NCBI GenBank assembly: GCA_964016885.1
Contig: OZ024742.1
Span: forward strand, 190,650,001-190,714,000
DNA from: Eledone cirrhosa
Taxonomy: Eukaryota
Reading direction: 5' to 3'
Length of the DNA stretch: 64,000 nt
Position numbers and translations under genes: made by a program. The notes beneath the pieces are model-generated. The model made no database searches. It worked only from the letters and a program-made list of their open reading frames with translations, and was not told where the DNA came from. Each line of letters starts with the position of its first letter. Within the stretch, counting starts at the first letter, position 1. Below, in pieces: positions 42,020-56,922 of this stretch.

Positions 42020-43200
42020 GAAGCACTAAATGAAAAAATTACCATTATATCTAATTTAGATTCTATAATAAATAGACGCACTGACTTGTTTTCTCTCTGC
42101 TTACATAAATTCCACAGAACATTCCACAAAGTATATAGCTAATATCCAATACTTTATCAATTTAGAATCCTTTTCTGAAAGGCACATATATATATATATA
42201 TACTTCTTTAAAAATATACCCATCTTTCTACCTTATTTCAAAGTTATTTATTATACATTATATAATACTTGTTACTCATTCTATATCACTCCTATTTATC
42301 ACTTCCCTTTCTTCCTTTTCCTTTCTTTTCTTTTTCTTTTAATTTCTAACCCCTAATCTGTACCTTTTCTCACTGTGCCTAACATAGAAACAATTATTAT
42401 ACAATACAATATATTCTTACCTTATATCACCTTGAAAAAATCCTTCGTAAACATAAACTCATCTTTTTGACGTTAGATTATTCATCCTCAATTCATTATT
42501 TTTTTTCTCCCTTTCATCTAACTTATTCATGCTCATCTCACAATATATCCTTACTTACATTACTTTTGTTTTTTTAATAATACATATCAACATTTTCTTT
42601 CCATCGCACATATTATTAAACCCTTAAATATTATTCTTAATACATATTAACATTTTCTTTCCATCGCACATATTATTAAACCCTTAAATATTATTCTTAA
42701 TACATATTAAGATTTTCTTAATATGTATTATTAAACCCTTCAATATACAAACCTTAACTTTACATTATTTTTCTCTTCGTTAATTTTCAAATTATTTTAA
42801 TTTATACATTATCTTCCAACGGTTTTTCAACCTCTCTATGTAAAACAATATATTTTTCTCAGTTATAAAAGCTATCTCTCTCTCTCTATCACCCATCTCT
42901 CCTCCTATCTCATCCTTCCTCATTATACTCCTCCCCCTCCACTTTTTACTCTCATCTCCTCCTCCTTTTCATCCTCCCCCCCCTCAACATTTTTTTTTCC
43001 CCAATATCACACATCAATCTAAAACTACTTTTCATATGTTGATTCAAAACTGCACTATTCACAAGTGTTTTTTAACCTTCATATCATGTCTTCCTATTTT
43101 ATCTGATGAAAACACGAATATTATTGCATGATGATATTTGTTTTTGAAATGCGCATAATAAAATACATGGAACTCTTTTAACCATCTTTTGATCTTATAT
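42020..43200 (+). mobile_element. PLE family C-type 3' end (tail 42020-42142, long 3' region with a 60-bp duplication, HHR)
   Basis: EALNEKITIISNLDSIINRRTDLFSLCLHKFHRTFHKVYS* aligns with the 23.5-kb tail. Confidence 0.7.
43095..43165 (+). ncRNA. Type I hammerhead ribozyme
   Basis: TATTTTAT-CTGATGA-AAACA..TGTTT-tt-GAAA-TGCGCA-TA-ATAAAATA. 8-bp stem I, palindromic stem III. Confidence 0.82.
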
Positions 43201-43302
43201 ATTATATATATATAATATATATATATATTTTCGGTGTTTTGTTATTCCCACTGCATTTTAAGTTACCTTACACAGCCATTTCTATTCTCCATATATTTCA
43301 TC

Positions 43303-43335
<33 letters not shown>

Positions 43336-44210
43336 TATATATACATATATTAATTAGAAAAATCGACGGCACCTTAGGTCTATTTAAGAGCATCAAATAG
43401 AATATAGTCTGAATATGTATAGTCAGAACTATATGTAGAATGTTCCAATATCTTAAATCTCGTTTTGTAGAGGATTTACTGACAGCATTTAAGCAGCAGT
43501 ATAAGGACGACCGTTGTTGTACAATAATGCATTTCGTCAGTAGCACCCGACTGAGGCGAATTACAGGCCATACCTAGTTTTGTAGTTAATTATTATAGGG
43601 AGCATGTTTTCTATTGAGGTCCTGATAATCTCCCAGTCATAATACTTGCGAGTAACTCCACAATACCAAAAGATTTTTCTGACGAGCTGGCTTGTCATTG
43701 CGTAATTCACATTTTGTTATCAGTGAGGAAATGTCCCCTCTAACAAAGTATTGTATTCGTCAATATAGAGAGGACAACGTCGTTGGTAGATTTCAAAACG
43801 GCTTTTGTCTGTACAGTTTATTAATTTATTTGTAACCCAACTTACACAACGATTTTAATATACTTCACTTGCCAAGGCATGTTATTCAGTGTCTTTGCTG
43901 GCCTGATGTTTACTTTTTGCCCTTGCCTCTCGGAATTAGAAAACGACGAAGAGTAAATAATTCAAACACATTCTCTCTCGTTTATATTTGAGAGAGTTAA
44001 ATTGAAAATATACAATAATAAATTGAAAAGAATTAAAAAATTTAGAAAAAGCAATTATATATTTATATTGCAGAAAGATATTATAGATCTAAATAATTAT
44101 TCTGATAAAAAATTTATTTAATTATAAAAGTGTTTTCATTTTTTTTTTCTTATCGGGTACCAAGATTATATTGAAAAGCCGCACGCACACACACACACAC
44201 ACAAACATAC

Positions 44211-44360
<150 letters not shown>

Positions 44361-44417
44361 GCACATATATATTTATATACGCATACATCTCTCACGCTTT
44401 CTCTCTTCCATTCTCTC

Positions 44418-44457
<40 letters not shown>

Positions 44458-45659
44458 GATATGTGTGTGTACGTGTACGTGCGTGTGTGTTGTGTGTGCG
44501 TGTGGATATAGTTTCATTATTGTTAAATCGATAGGCTGTGGTGATATCCATCTGTTTAAGAATAGCTATGCGATATCACACAATGTTTCTAGTGACCCAG
44601 ACAGTTCGGTTATCATTAAATGTTAAATAACATAGCGTGACCAGATAGTAATGTTATAATCAGTTTCATATCACCTTAGCTTCTAAAAAAGCAAAAAAAA
44701 AAGCATGGTATTCGGATAACTGATAAAGTCGATATCTCTTATTTTAGGGATATAGAGAATGAATGATATGAACGCTTTCCAATAGCGTTCCTGCTTCAGC
44801 TGGGAGTTCGTCGATTACGCCGACAAATGTTCCAGATGGTTTGATCAAAGGAGCGCCCTGCTCCTGAAATTAAGGAGACCTCTCTACAGCTTAATATTTT
44901 GTGTCAAAGTTCTGGCTTTTTTAATTAAATATACAACTAATTATTCTCCAGCTGAGAGGATTGGATCATGTAAACACGGCACTTCATATAGTGTTGCTTC
45001 AAGACACTCAGCACAGAAAGAAATGTACAAGCAACAGCATCAAGGTTATAAACATTGTAATCTACTTGTTTTAGGTCCATAATGAAGGCTTTTCATGATA
45101 GGCATGTGGACCCTATCATTAGTGCTACCAGAAATCTATTATGAAATGAAACCTCATAGGGGATAGATAGCTAAAACTACATAAGCGTGTTGTGGAACAA
45201 CAGTAACTAGTAGAGAATGCAAAGAGATGCTGTCCAGCAATTTATTCTAAATGTATAGGCTGTAGGTTACCGATGTACCATAGCCGAATAATATAGAAGT
45301 CTCCTTAATAAATTATGAGGTTCATGTTTCCATCTCATTGCGAGGTATTTTGTGTGTCTACTATCAGCTCAAATATTTGTTAGTGAACTTTGTTAGGAAT
45401 TGAAACTGTTTTTCAGCCCGTTGGCTAGATTGTACACGCAACCCAAGGGTCTAGCTATGTTAAATACTGGGTCCCGATGATTGTTTCTGAATAAATAATG
45501 TACGGGGTTACAGCATATTTATGAATCTTGGGTAATGATGGAAAGAATACGATCGCGAATACAAGCGGCCGTAATGGGTTTACTCCGAATTTCCTTTGGA
45601 GTATTGTTACTCGATAGAGTGCGTAACTCGAAGATAAGGAAGTTACTCCAGGTAGAACA

Positions 45660-45908
45660 GCTACTATGGACATGTGGTTAGAATGTCTCAAGAAAGAATC
45701 GCTGGACAGATTTTACGGGCAAAACCAACCGCCATGAGACCCAGGGGGGTCAACCTTGAGCAAGTTGGTTGGATTATATCAATGAGCTTGGCTGATCTGG
45801 TTTGGGAATACAGTCGGATCAGTTGGAAACGATTGCTTCCGACAGGACCCACTTGGAAGGAGCATTTGAGGACTCTGCTCCCAAGAAGAAGAAGAAGAAG
45901 AAGAAGAA
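45660..45908 (+). mobile_element. 5'-truncated RTE-like LINE 3' end with (GAA)n tail
   Basis: YYGHVVRMSQER..RPRG matches the RTE C-terminal W.GHV.RM...RPRGRP motif and is followed by (AAG)n. Confidence 0.7.
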
Positions 45909-46319
45909 TACAGTGTGTCTATGGAATACTCAACCACCTATACATAAATTTACGATTTGGACGTTGAATTGATTGGACAAATGAATGATCATTGTCGAAA
46001 TTGACGGAAGAACCATCATTTTCTTACCTCTACTGATAATGCTAAAGTTTTCTTTCTCAGAGTTTCCCTGTAGTCAAGATTTTGTAGTCTCTATAAGGTA
46101 TATGTAAATGTATTATATTTGTAATGATAAATTGACCTACAAATGTAACTTATTTTCATCACGATGAACTGTTTCTGGAAAAAGAGAAAGCTCAAATTGC
46201 AACTGGCTCGCTCCATGTCTCAAACGAGAACAAAGTCTGGGGGTATTATATATATATATATATAAATATATATATAGGTGTGTATATATATATATATATT
46301 TGTAAATATATATATATGT

Positions 46320-47150
46320 TTTGCCGAGTATTTGAGGGGCATACGACTCGGTTTGTATAGTCCTGCCGCCCATCATTTCTGTTCTCCTGGTCATTCTTCC
46401 CTACATGTTTCAGTCCTGGGTGTCCTTTTACATCATGGATCACAGGCCTCAACAGGGCTGAACAAAGTCTGATTGACGGCCTAGGGTCCTATTCCCCTCT
46501 TGCACTCAACTCACCTCCCCATTTTCTCTAATATCTCGTCCATTATGACACCCCTAAGTTCCTATCGCTTTCTCTTGATCATTAACATCTTCTCTTACAA
46601 CTAATATATGCCGTCTATATATGCTCATTCCACTTTTCCCTTCACTGCTCTGTATACACACATACACCCCCTTATATTAACATAATTTTGCTCATAGCTT
46701 CGTACTTACATGCACACACACTCTTTTACTCACATATACACACACATTTCTTCTTAGCAACGGACGTATAATAACACACACACACACACACACGCACCCC
46801 CACCCCACCCACACCCATGCTTATGCATGTGCACAAGTATAGCTCTTTTTACAAAACAGTTGTTTTTTTCTATTTCAGGTAGACACGCTCCATCATCCAC
46901 TTTTCTAAAAAATAAATCATACACAAAACGCCAGCACCAATAGTTTTGCAAGAGATGTCAACATGAATGGACCTGTTATTTTTATCTAAAGACATTTTTA
47001 CCAATTCCAACCCGCCCGTCCCCTCAATCTATCTTATTCCTCATTATTTCTTCTGATGAAGGACTAGCTTCCGAAACGTTAAGACCCTCTTCCTGCTATA
47101 TCAAGCGTTAACCTAATATATCCATTCCATATACTGTACCGATTGTGTTG
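46320..47150 (+). mobile_element. PLE 3' end (another lineage): GIY-YIG C-terminus 46320-46515 plus 3' region with HHR
   Basis: FAEYLRGIR..PAAHHFCSPGHS.LHVSVLG, frameshift, then NRAEQSLIDGLGSYSPLALN, resembling RF.EH..HF..GHS..R..EQ.LI..LGT..P.GLN. Confidence 0.78.
47049..47084 (+). ncRNA. Minimal type I hammerhead ribozyme
   Basis: TCTT-CTGATGA-a-GGA-ctagct-TCC-GAAA-CG-TT-AAGA. Confidence 0.75.
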
Positions 47151-47186
47151 TTGTTTCTGTTTACCTTTTACACACACACACACACA

Positions 47187-47282
<96 letters not shown>

Positions 47283-47289
47283 CACACAT

Positions 47290-48055
47290 TATTATCCATT
47301 TATTTTGGGATTTGAAACCGCGCGGAAAGGATACATATAGTAAGTACAGCGAACTTTTTAAAATTTATTTAAAAACTTCTCTATTTGCTAAACCTTGATT
47401 TTATATGTTCTGGATAGTTAATTTATTAACCTGCCATAGAACCACATTGGCATACGGTTGGATATTACTTGTATCCCTATATGTATTTTTTACACGTACG
47501 AACACATACTTTATTATTATTAATCTACCCTAAGGTAGAGATAACATTATGGTCGTTTGAACTGCTGCTATTTCTAGTGGCAGGACATTGACCTGTCCAC
47601 CCATGCCTTCTGTCTTTACACACGGCACTAGACAGAATTGGTCCCTTACTCATTCACTCTCATCTAGGAACAGTTTTGTATGGCGCCAGTTTTTGATTTG
47701 AACTCGGGAATTTTAAATTCTCTGAGCGAGAAGAACCTTCTGACGAGAATCCCCTTCTCAATGGTGATCCGCCTGGATTATCCATTTATTTTGGGATTTG
47801 AAACCGCGCGGTAAGGGTACATATAGTAAGTACAGCGAACTTTTTAAAATTTATTTAAAAACTTTTTCTCTATTTGCTAAACCTTGATTTTATATGTTCT
47901 GGCTAGTTAATTTATTAACCTGCCATAGAACCACATTGGCATACGATTGGATAACACATGTATCTCTATATGTAATGTTTACACGTAGGAACACATACTT
48001 TATTATTATTAAAATTTATTTAAAAACTTGTTCTCTATTTGCTAAACCTTGATTT

Positions 48056-48058
<3 letters not shown>
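47290..48058 (+). mobile_element. ~486-bp non-coding tandem unit (about 1.5 copies) with HHR; retrozyme-like
   Basis: GAAACCGCGCGG at 47314 and 47800, with 47290-47522 duplicated at 47777-48012. Confidence 0.75.
47735..47818 (+). ncRNA. Type I hammerhead ribozyme
   Basis: ACCTT-CTGACGA-GAATCCC..GGGATTT-GAAA-CCGCGCGG-TA-AGGGT. Confidence 0.85.
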
Positions 48059-48145
<87 letters not shown>

Positions 48146-48427
48146 TTCATTTTTTAATTTGTTTTGGAAGTTGCAAGATTTCTTATCTGAAAACGTGTGT
48201 TGAAACAGATATTATCATACTTGGGTAGGATCATGTGCCAATACAAATACACGCATCTGTTGGTTTTTAATTCAATTTATTATAAATTTCCGATTTGTTG
48301 GTTTAATAACCGGATGGTTGTTTATATGTTGTCAATACTCTTTTGTCACCCATTCTGCGACCTCCGTAGTGGCCGGTTTCTTATTTTGTGTTTCTCCTTG
48401 GCTCTGTCCTACACCATCTTAATTTTT

Positions 48428-48509
<82 letters not shown>

Positions 48510-49253
48510 ATATCTATATATTAATTTCAACAACGTCAGTATTCCGTGTCATAATTCTCGATAATGGTTGGTTCATATGTTTCAAACGACTCCGCCCACC
48601 ACAACGACGCCAAACTTAAATTAATATGCATAATGCCAATGAGGGAGTGAGAGGGGAGAGTAAGAAACAGAGAGGTAAAGTGAACGCTGTAACTATTACC
48701 ATGTGTGCGTGTGTATGCACGTTCGTGTATGTTTATGTGTGTGTGCGTGCGTGCAGCGTTCCACAGAAAGTAAAAACTATCAACATGTGTGAGTGTGTGT
48801 AAGTGCACGGGTACGTGTGTAAGTTTGCGTGCGTGTGCGCATTTCCATGCGTGTATGTGTGTGTACGTGGGGCGTTCCACAATCGCCACACAGTTTATCT
48901 GTCTGTGTGCCTGTCTGCTAGTCTAACATACACAGAGTTGTGAAGGGAGTAAATAGGGACCTTTTTTTACATTGACGGACATCTTTTATATTTATTATTG
49001 TGTCATTTTTTTGACAATTGCTCGAAATGAATACTGATAATAAAAGCAATTCGACTTTATCAAACAGCGAACTACAGCGGCGACGGTGTTCAGCCAGGAA
49101 TGAAGAAAAACGGGCTGAACAGTGCCATCGGAACGCCGAACTTCAGAAGCGAAGACGGCTGAACAACGCCAACGAAACACCTGAGCCAAGCAGCGACGGC
49201 GTGCTGCGATGGTTGAAGACGAACTGGCTAAGCATCATCTTTTATATTAATTA

Positions 49254-49613
49254 TCTATATCTATATCTACATATAATATAAAAGATTGGAACTTCCATCA
49301 TCCTTTTGAGAAACGTGGAACAACCACGTCTATGCAATGATACACGTTTTACAGTCAGGCAGAAGATGAACCATCTCCTAGAGGTCACTATTCTAGGTGG
49401 GAGCACCTGGAATTGTTCTTATACTATGCACAAACGGTACAACGAAGAATCTGGTATATCTGGAAGATTTTTTTTTACTGTTTTCTGTATCACACAGACA
49501 CCACGGACCCGCCTCATACTGTAACCTGGCAAACACCCAATACAGTCATTTTCTCTTTTACCTGTCTTCTCTTATCATCTATTTACTCGGGCGAAGCTTG
49601 GTACGTCAGCTAG
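49254..49613 (+). mobile_element. Internally deleted Helitron carrying a Pif1 helicase fragment (49282-49400)
   Basis: 5' TC start. KIGTSIILLRNVEQPRLCNDTRFTV..EVTILGG resembles Helitron LKVG.PIMLLRNL.PP.LCNGTRL. 3' hairpin-like TCGGGCGAAGCTTGG then CTAG at 49610-49613, followed by T. Confidence 0.78.
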
Positions 49614-49713
49614 TATATATAATTACAACAATGTCATAAACATGTACTTAAGTTTCGTTGGGTCCAGGACCCCAACTCATTCAGTCACCTATCATAAGAA
49701 AAACAGATATATG

Positions 49714-49757
<44 letters not shown>

Positions 49758-49768
49758 TGTGTGTCTGT

Positions 49769-49804
<36 letters not shown>

Positions 49805-49897
49805 GCGTGTGCGTGTGCGTGTGTGTGTGTGTGTGTGAGCATGTATATATATACATATATATATATGTAAACGTAAATTGAGTTTTTAGAATATTAA

Positions 49898-50083
49898 TAA
49901 TTGTTTCTACTTTAGGCACAAGGCCAGCAATTACCCAGTTCATTACTGGTACTTTATTTTATCGACCCCGTAAGGATGAAAGGCAAAGTCAACCTCGGTG
50001 GGATTTGAACTCAGATTGTAAAGGGACGTAACTATGCTGGAAAGCATGGCGTCCGACCCTCTACCGATACTGCCAATTCACCT
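49898..50083 (-). mobile_element. tRNA-derived SINE
   Basis: Matches the copy at 34644-34828. Confidence 0.85.
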
Positions 50084-50829
50084 AATAATAACATTCGATT
50101 CGTTCGCAATTATGCAAACAAGCCTCAATTTTATAGCCATGTCAGTAGAATGAACCCTTCATTCTTGCTCTTGTGTTGGCATGTGAACAGAACTGCAGAC
50201 ACTAATGTTTCTATAAAAGAGAAATATATATAAAATACTCAGAGCAAGTATATGTGTAGGATTATTATACATAATGTTGTTTATGAGTTTATGTATGTTT
50301 TCATTCTAAATCATACTGAGTTAGTGCTATCACTAATGTAATAACTCTATAGTTGACATACTTACTAGGAATAGTCTAGCACTACATTCGCTGTTGTCTT
50401 TCAGTCTTCAATCTTAAATACACAAATGACTAACAGACAGGAGAAGTAGTGTTGATTGATATTATAAACGAGGACAGTAATCGGTAGAGTGTCAGCGCAT
50501 GTCATAACTGTTTGGCTTTGTTTCTATTTGACGTTATTCTAAGTAGTTTTTCTATTTCATGATTAGGACTTTCAAGCTGCATTATTGATTAATTTGTTTT
50601 GGTTTCTTTCTCAAAAACCTTCTGTATCGCGCCCTCAGTCAATCTAGCTCGCCTTTTTAACTCTTGCACACGATCTATCTATCTATCTATATATCTATCT
50701 GTTTGTCTATTTATCTATTGTCTGTCAATCTCTATATGTATATACATGAGTAATCAGATATGTTTGCATGTATTTATGTGTGTATCTGTGTAGATATCTA
50801 TACGTTATACATATCTGTTTTTGTATATA

Positions 50830-50889
<60 letters not shown>

Positions 50890-50894
<5 letters not shown>

Positions 50895-51437
50895 ATGATA
50901 ATAAATTTGAAGACTAAAATCCAAAGAGGGTTCGATAAGGATAAATATATATCAAATATATAAGAACCGTAGAGCAAATATTTATTAAAATAACAGGTTA
51001 AAGTTTAAGCAAAGAATCGCTGCTTTCACCCTTAACGGGATCTTCTGAAACTAACAAAGTCAATCTGTAAACGCAGAAGTGGATATTTCAAAAAACGTTG
51101 CAACCGGAGGAAGACAGGAAGACGATACTTTGGTTCGTGGTAACGTTCGCTGGCAAAGAACGGGAAAAAACGAATATAATACGTCATTAATAGGAGCGGT
51201 GAAAAACAATTACGCGCAAAGACAGAACCACGTTTATGGTATAAAAGAGATCGTAGACTAATGTTCTCTTAGGTGGTTCATAGAGACGTTCTCTGGCAAT
51301 GAACGAAAAAAAACGAAGATAATACCTCATATGTGGAGCGTGGAGAACAATAGCACGCAAAGACAAAACCACGTAAATGGTATAGCAGAAGTCGTAGACT
51401 AAAATTCTAACTAGGAGACCGAATGAATCTCCGCTAC
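50890..51437 (-). mobile_element. PLE family C 3' region, inverted relative to 5150-5610
   Basis: Long reverse-complement match, including the internal ~140-bp duplication. Confidence 0.8.
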
Positions 51438-51965
51438 TTTAATCTGTTATTTTCTCTTACTGCTTCCTCGTTCTCTCTGTTTCTCTTACTTTCTTTCGTC
51501 CCCTCTGCCATGTCAGTTAACACTTTATCTCTACTGACCTCTTCCTCGCACTCCCACTCACTCAGTCCCTGTTTCTCCCCTTCTTACTTCCACCCGTTCG
51601 CTTTGAAAACGATTTTCCTTCCTTCTTTCTAACATCGGATTCACTAGTGAAAGGTCTGTTTCTAACTCGCGCATATATTCACACAGCTTATGCTGAAAGA
51701 ATAACTATCTTGCTTGTGTTTATTTCCATCTTCGGTTAGCTTTCCCCTGTGTTGTTTACTTGTCTCACTCGCTTCACGCGTTTCTATTGTCCTAATAACT
51801 TATTTTAGTTATTATCGCTCCAACGTGAGGTATATGATTTTTAATGCGATGAAATACCCATGATCGTTGGTAAATCACTGATGAGGGACTCATTTTATAA
51901 CATGTTATCCATGTGCAACCTGCAGTATTCTTCTCCCCAATATTTTTCATATATATATATATATA

Positions 51966-52634
51966 TGTACGAGGTACCCGGCTTCACTCGGGAGAACAGT
52001 TAAAAGAAGAGGAATAAAAAAGAAAACGACTGTATTGGATGTGTTATCTGGTATGAGGTGAGACCGTAATGTGTGTGTGTGTGTGGGTGTGAGAGAGAGA
52101 CATAAAAAAACAATCATAAAACTTCCTTATTAGGCTGGGGGAGTAAACTGTCGGTTAAATGGTAGCATTGGCCTTGGATTTTAAATGTTGTAAAATAAAC
52201 AGTCAGTATGATCTTTTTCAGCTCCAAAGGACATCATCTGAAACACAGCAATATAACGCATAACATTGCTTCTGAAGTGTTTAGCTTCATTAGCACGGTC
52301 TGTAAGTAGTATACGGATAAAAGCTGGAAGGTATAGTAATTTCAAATAATATCAATTTTTCTTTCTTCTGTAAAATCAAAGGCTGTAAAACGACTTTATA
52401 AAAGATAATGCAATAATATTAAACCTTCCTATAGATCAAAGGATCTATAGTTTAAGCCGTTTTAAGACTTTCGTGGGACGTTACCCTCTCTCTATGAATA
52501 TCTAATACTTTAATTTTATCTCTATCTGTATAACGGTCTTTCTCTATCTGCCTCTGTGTGTCTCTCTCTCTCTCTCTTTAGATGTGTGTTAGATGTGTGT
52601 TAGATGTGTGTTAGATGTGTGTTAGATGTGTGTT

Positions 52635-52708
<74 letters not shown>

Positions 52709-52756
52709 ATTCAACCAACAAGCCAACCAATAAACATCTGTTTTATATATATAGAG
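51966..52756 (-). mobile_element. Non-autonomous Helitron-like element
   Basis: The minus strand starts TCTATATATATAAAAC and ends with hairpin CCCGAGTGAAGCCGGG-TACCTCG. The terminal CTAG is degenerate. Confidence 0.55.
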
Positions 52757-54570
52757 AGAGATATACAAATATATTTGTATGTGTTCGCGTGTGCATGTGC
52801 TTGTGCATATGCATGTGCTTGAGCAGATATATGTGTTCGTGTATGTGTCTTCGCAGCTGTTGATCGTAATTACAGATTAGATATTAAGTATGGTGTTCCG
52901 TCAAAACATATTTCTCATTTCATTTTTCTGTTGTTTTCTTTAATATCTATTTTACTTCTTTGTAGATTATTTCTTAATATTTCCTAATTGCCTCCCATAT
53001 ATTTCTTTGCTGTATGTTCTTCCATATTTTGTATTTATTAGACTGTCAATGCTCATTCTCCATCAGTTGAGTCTAAATTGTTCTGTCAATGAGGTTTAGC
53101 AGCAGCTGTAGGTTCAGCAATATATAATTATGATGTGAAAAATACTTAAAATAGCATCCGTCGGTTTCGACGATGAGTGTTTCATCTGTTTCCTATACAG
53201 TTCAAAGAGCCTGTTCATTAAATTAAGATGTAAAAAACTGGAAGTTATTCCAGCTCTGTAATCCTGGGCGTGTGGATGGTTCCAGAAATCCCCTACATTA
53301 TTTCTAAACCACTAATTTGATAATGAAACCTAGCACAAGTATAGACCATTTATAAACACACATTTCTGCATTACAAAAATGTTGCTGACATCATCATGTT
53401 TCTGATGACGTCATCAGATGTACCAAGATTTATTATAATTTAGTACTTTTATATTGCTGAAAAGTTTTCCAGAACCACTAAGGCTATGATGATGAAAATC
53501 TGCATGGATATAAGTACAGTAATATAAGTACGGTCGTGTACCTTTTCTTTGCCCTGTTTGCTAAGAATGAAACAAAAATGCAATATCAAAAAAGTTTTAA
53601 AATATATAACAAAAGTTTGCAATGGAAACTACGTCGATGCCATGCAATTCAAAACACATACATTATATTGGTAATGTTTTTTAGTGATATTGTTTTGGTT
53701 AACAAGAAACATCTAAGAAATATCATAGTTTTATACCGCCTGTTCACCTCCTGCAATTTTCACGGTGGCTTTTCCTAAACTTTACCCTATTATTCGTTAT
53801 GTAAGCAATTCATAGGGTAAAGTTTAGAAAAAGCCTCCAAATTTCAGAGAAAAATCTGCTCCCTTTAAAGGTTATGCATCCTCTCCAAAAAACAAAATGA
53901 AAAGGGAACAACGAGGGGAGGCACTGATTGCCCCCACTACAGATACAATAGGGTTAATGATAACCAAGGCGGGTCGAAACGAACAGTCCATATTGTATTA
54001 TTGTAAAAATAAATAATTACTATTACACGTGAACCGATCATATAACTCTCACAGAGATTATCACTGTCCATTGCTAAGGCTTGAATCTACGACACGCTAT
54101 GATAAACGAGACTTGCCTAAGGTATCAATTATTGCGACGGAACACATAACACCATGATTGGGAAATGAACGTCGTAATCTTATGGCTATACTAGGTTCAG
54201 ATAATGTAGACTGAAATCAATAGACAATATTTGCCTATCTATGAAGTACTGATGTACCATTTCCAGATATAAGTTGTTTCTAACAGTTTGCTGAATGGAA
54301 GCAATTTAGAATAGAGTTCTGTTTTCGGAAACAAAGGAAAACTTGTCAAGCAAATTTTGAACACATGAACAATTGACAAGCAAGCCAAAGCTTTTATCAG
54401 TTCAACAAATTTGCCTCTGCTGCAAAGTAATTTTGCTCAAATATATTTAGAGACAATATATCTCTCTGTTTTTTAAATACATATCAAACATTTAGTAAGT
54501 AGGTGTTCTTATAGATTCTAAATCTCACCTATACTCTCACTACATACTCTCATTACATACAAAATATAAA

Positions 54571-54777
54571 TATGACGGTTGGTTGAAAAGTGTATAGGCT
54601 GAAAATTTCATAGCCTGACAAGGATACTCCCATGGAGTGACCAAATGAGGTTTATTTTTCAACATAATTCCTGGAAAGAAGTTATTAATACGAAAAGTGG
54701 AAATGAATGCATCCGAGATTTCACAGCCCTGGCTATCATTCCTCCATATATATGAACTTTTCAGCTGAAATTCATAT
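54571..54777. mobile_element. Mariner-like non-autonomous remnant
   Basis: Imperfect TIRs TATGACGGTTGGTTGAAAAGTGTATA / TATGAACTTTTCAGCTGAAATTCATA with TA ends. Confidence 0.5.
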
Positions 54778-55054
54778 ATAAACGATAGAACCCAATACGG
54801 ACGGAAAAATAGTGAAAAATCTGCCTGTACATTCGAGAATCAAACCCCTCAGAAAAATAAAAAAAGAAAGAGAGAAATAACCAGATCAAGCTCTATGACA
54901 CTGGCAATGCTAAACGTATTCTGAAATATCTGTAGCTGTGGCTATGCCGGTGCTTTTGGTCTGCCGTTTCATTGATGGTGTCTCTTTATCATTATAATAA
55001 TTTGAAGAAGACAACAATCTAAAACTGACTTATGCTCGATTACTAGTGACTACG

Positions 55055-55731
55055 TCTGTATATATATATATATAAATATATATATATATACAGACGTACA
55101 GTAGTATGTATATATATATATATACATACATGCACACACATATATATATATATATATATATGCACGTATGGATTCACCCAACATTTATTATAATGCTCGG
55201 TTATGTATACGTACATATATGTATGTACGTTCAACATACTTATATTTAAGTAACAGCCGTACTAAGAATGAGAAATGAAATTTCGTTTCATTTTTTCCAT
55301 TTATCGTTTTCGGTGCGCCCGGACGTTTAACTCACTCGATATGCAAATTAGGCTGCTCAGCCGTTAATATGCATAAGGAAAGTATATACTTTCAGACGTT
55401 CAATCATCTGGCAGGAAGGTGTACGGTGCTGACGATAGCTAATAAGTTTGAAACTAGTACATCGTTCCTATGTCAGTGTTGATCAAAAGGGCAACGATGG
55501 TTGCTAAACATTGTACGGCTTAATTCGGGATGTTTGTTTACAAACAAACCGAGCATTATAATAAATGTTCGGTGTATCTATACGTACATATATATATATG
55601 TGTGCATGTATGTATATATATACATACTACTGTACCTCTGTATACATATATGTATGTACGTATACATATTTATATTTAAGTAACAGCCGTACTAAGAGTG
55701 AGAAATGAAATTTCGTTTCATTTTACCATTT
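55055..55731 (+). mobile_element. Diverged relative of the 62-64 kb HHR repeat: 5' inverted segment (to ~55202) plus about 1.2 units of ~430 bp
   Basis: TATATTTAAGTAACAGCCGTACTAAG at 55241 and 55671. 55085-55202 is the reverse complement of 55547-55645. Confidence 0.82.
55423..55465 (+). ncRNA. Minimal type I hammerhead ribozyme
   Basis: ACGGTG-CTGACGA-tAGCT-aata-AGTTt-GAAA-CTAG-TA-CATCGT. Confidence 0.8.
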
Positions 55732-55787
55732 ATGTATATATATATATATATATATATAACACCCACACACACACATGTATATATATA

Positions 55788-55926
<139 letters not shown>

Positions 55927-56531
55927 GTATATATATATATATATTTATATATATATAACATATATGAAGAGGAAATGAAGTAAAACACATTACTGCACAG
56001 AATTTCTATCTATGACATAACGGTAATGGTATAAGGCAGTACTGGTGTATATCATATATATATATATATATAAATGTGTGTGTGTGTGTGCGTGCGTGTG
56101 TGTATGGGGAGGGTGTCTGTATATGTTTATGTGTGTGTATGAGTGCGTATATATATATATATATATTATAATTATATACATATATATAGGGCAGTATCGG
56201 TAGAGGGTCGGGTGCCTTGCTTTGACGCAAAGAGTTACGGCCCTTTCCTTTGGAATTCCTCTTATTAATATATATATATATATATATATTGTATATAATA
56301 TACACCAGTACTGCCTTATACCATTACCGTTATTTCATAGAAGCTAATTCTGTGCAGTAATATGTTTTACTTCATTTCCTCTACATATATGTTATATTTA
56401 CTGACGATAAGGTCACCAATTCACATTAGTTTGAAACGATGACCGTTCTCTATAATTTCAGTTTATTGCGATACATAAATGTATAGAATATTTCCATCTT
56501 CCCTCTTCATGCATCTGTTTCCATTGCCACG

Positions 56532-56596
<65 letters not shown>

Positions 56597-56829
56597 TAAC
56601 AGGAATTCCAACTTTGTCTGATTTACTCGTTTTATTTACAATCCTTTAACATTTAAAAGGGTATTATAATGAAATAGTATGATAGAATATTAAATTCTAT
56701 CATACTATTTCATTATAATACCATTATAAATTTTAAAGGATTGTAAATAAAACGAGTAAATCAGACAATGTTGGAATTCATCTTATTAATATAATCTTCT
56801 ATACACAATCATACACACCCGTGTATATT

Positions 56830-56919
<90 letters not shown>

Positions 56920-56922
<3 letters not shown>

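Noticed and set aside
53402-53417. CTGATGA core in CTGATGACGTCATCAG
   Set aside because: A simple 16-bp palindrome with no GAAA or stems.
53258-53957. piggyBac-like MITE ending AGGGTTAA
   Set aside because: The left end does not give a convincing matching TIR or TTAA.
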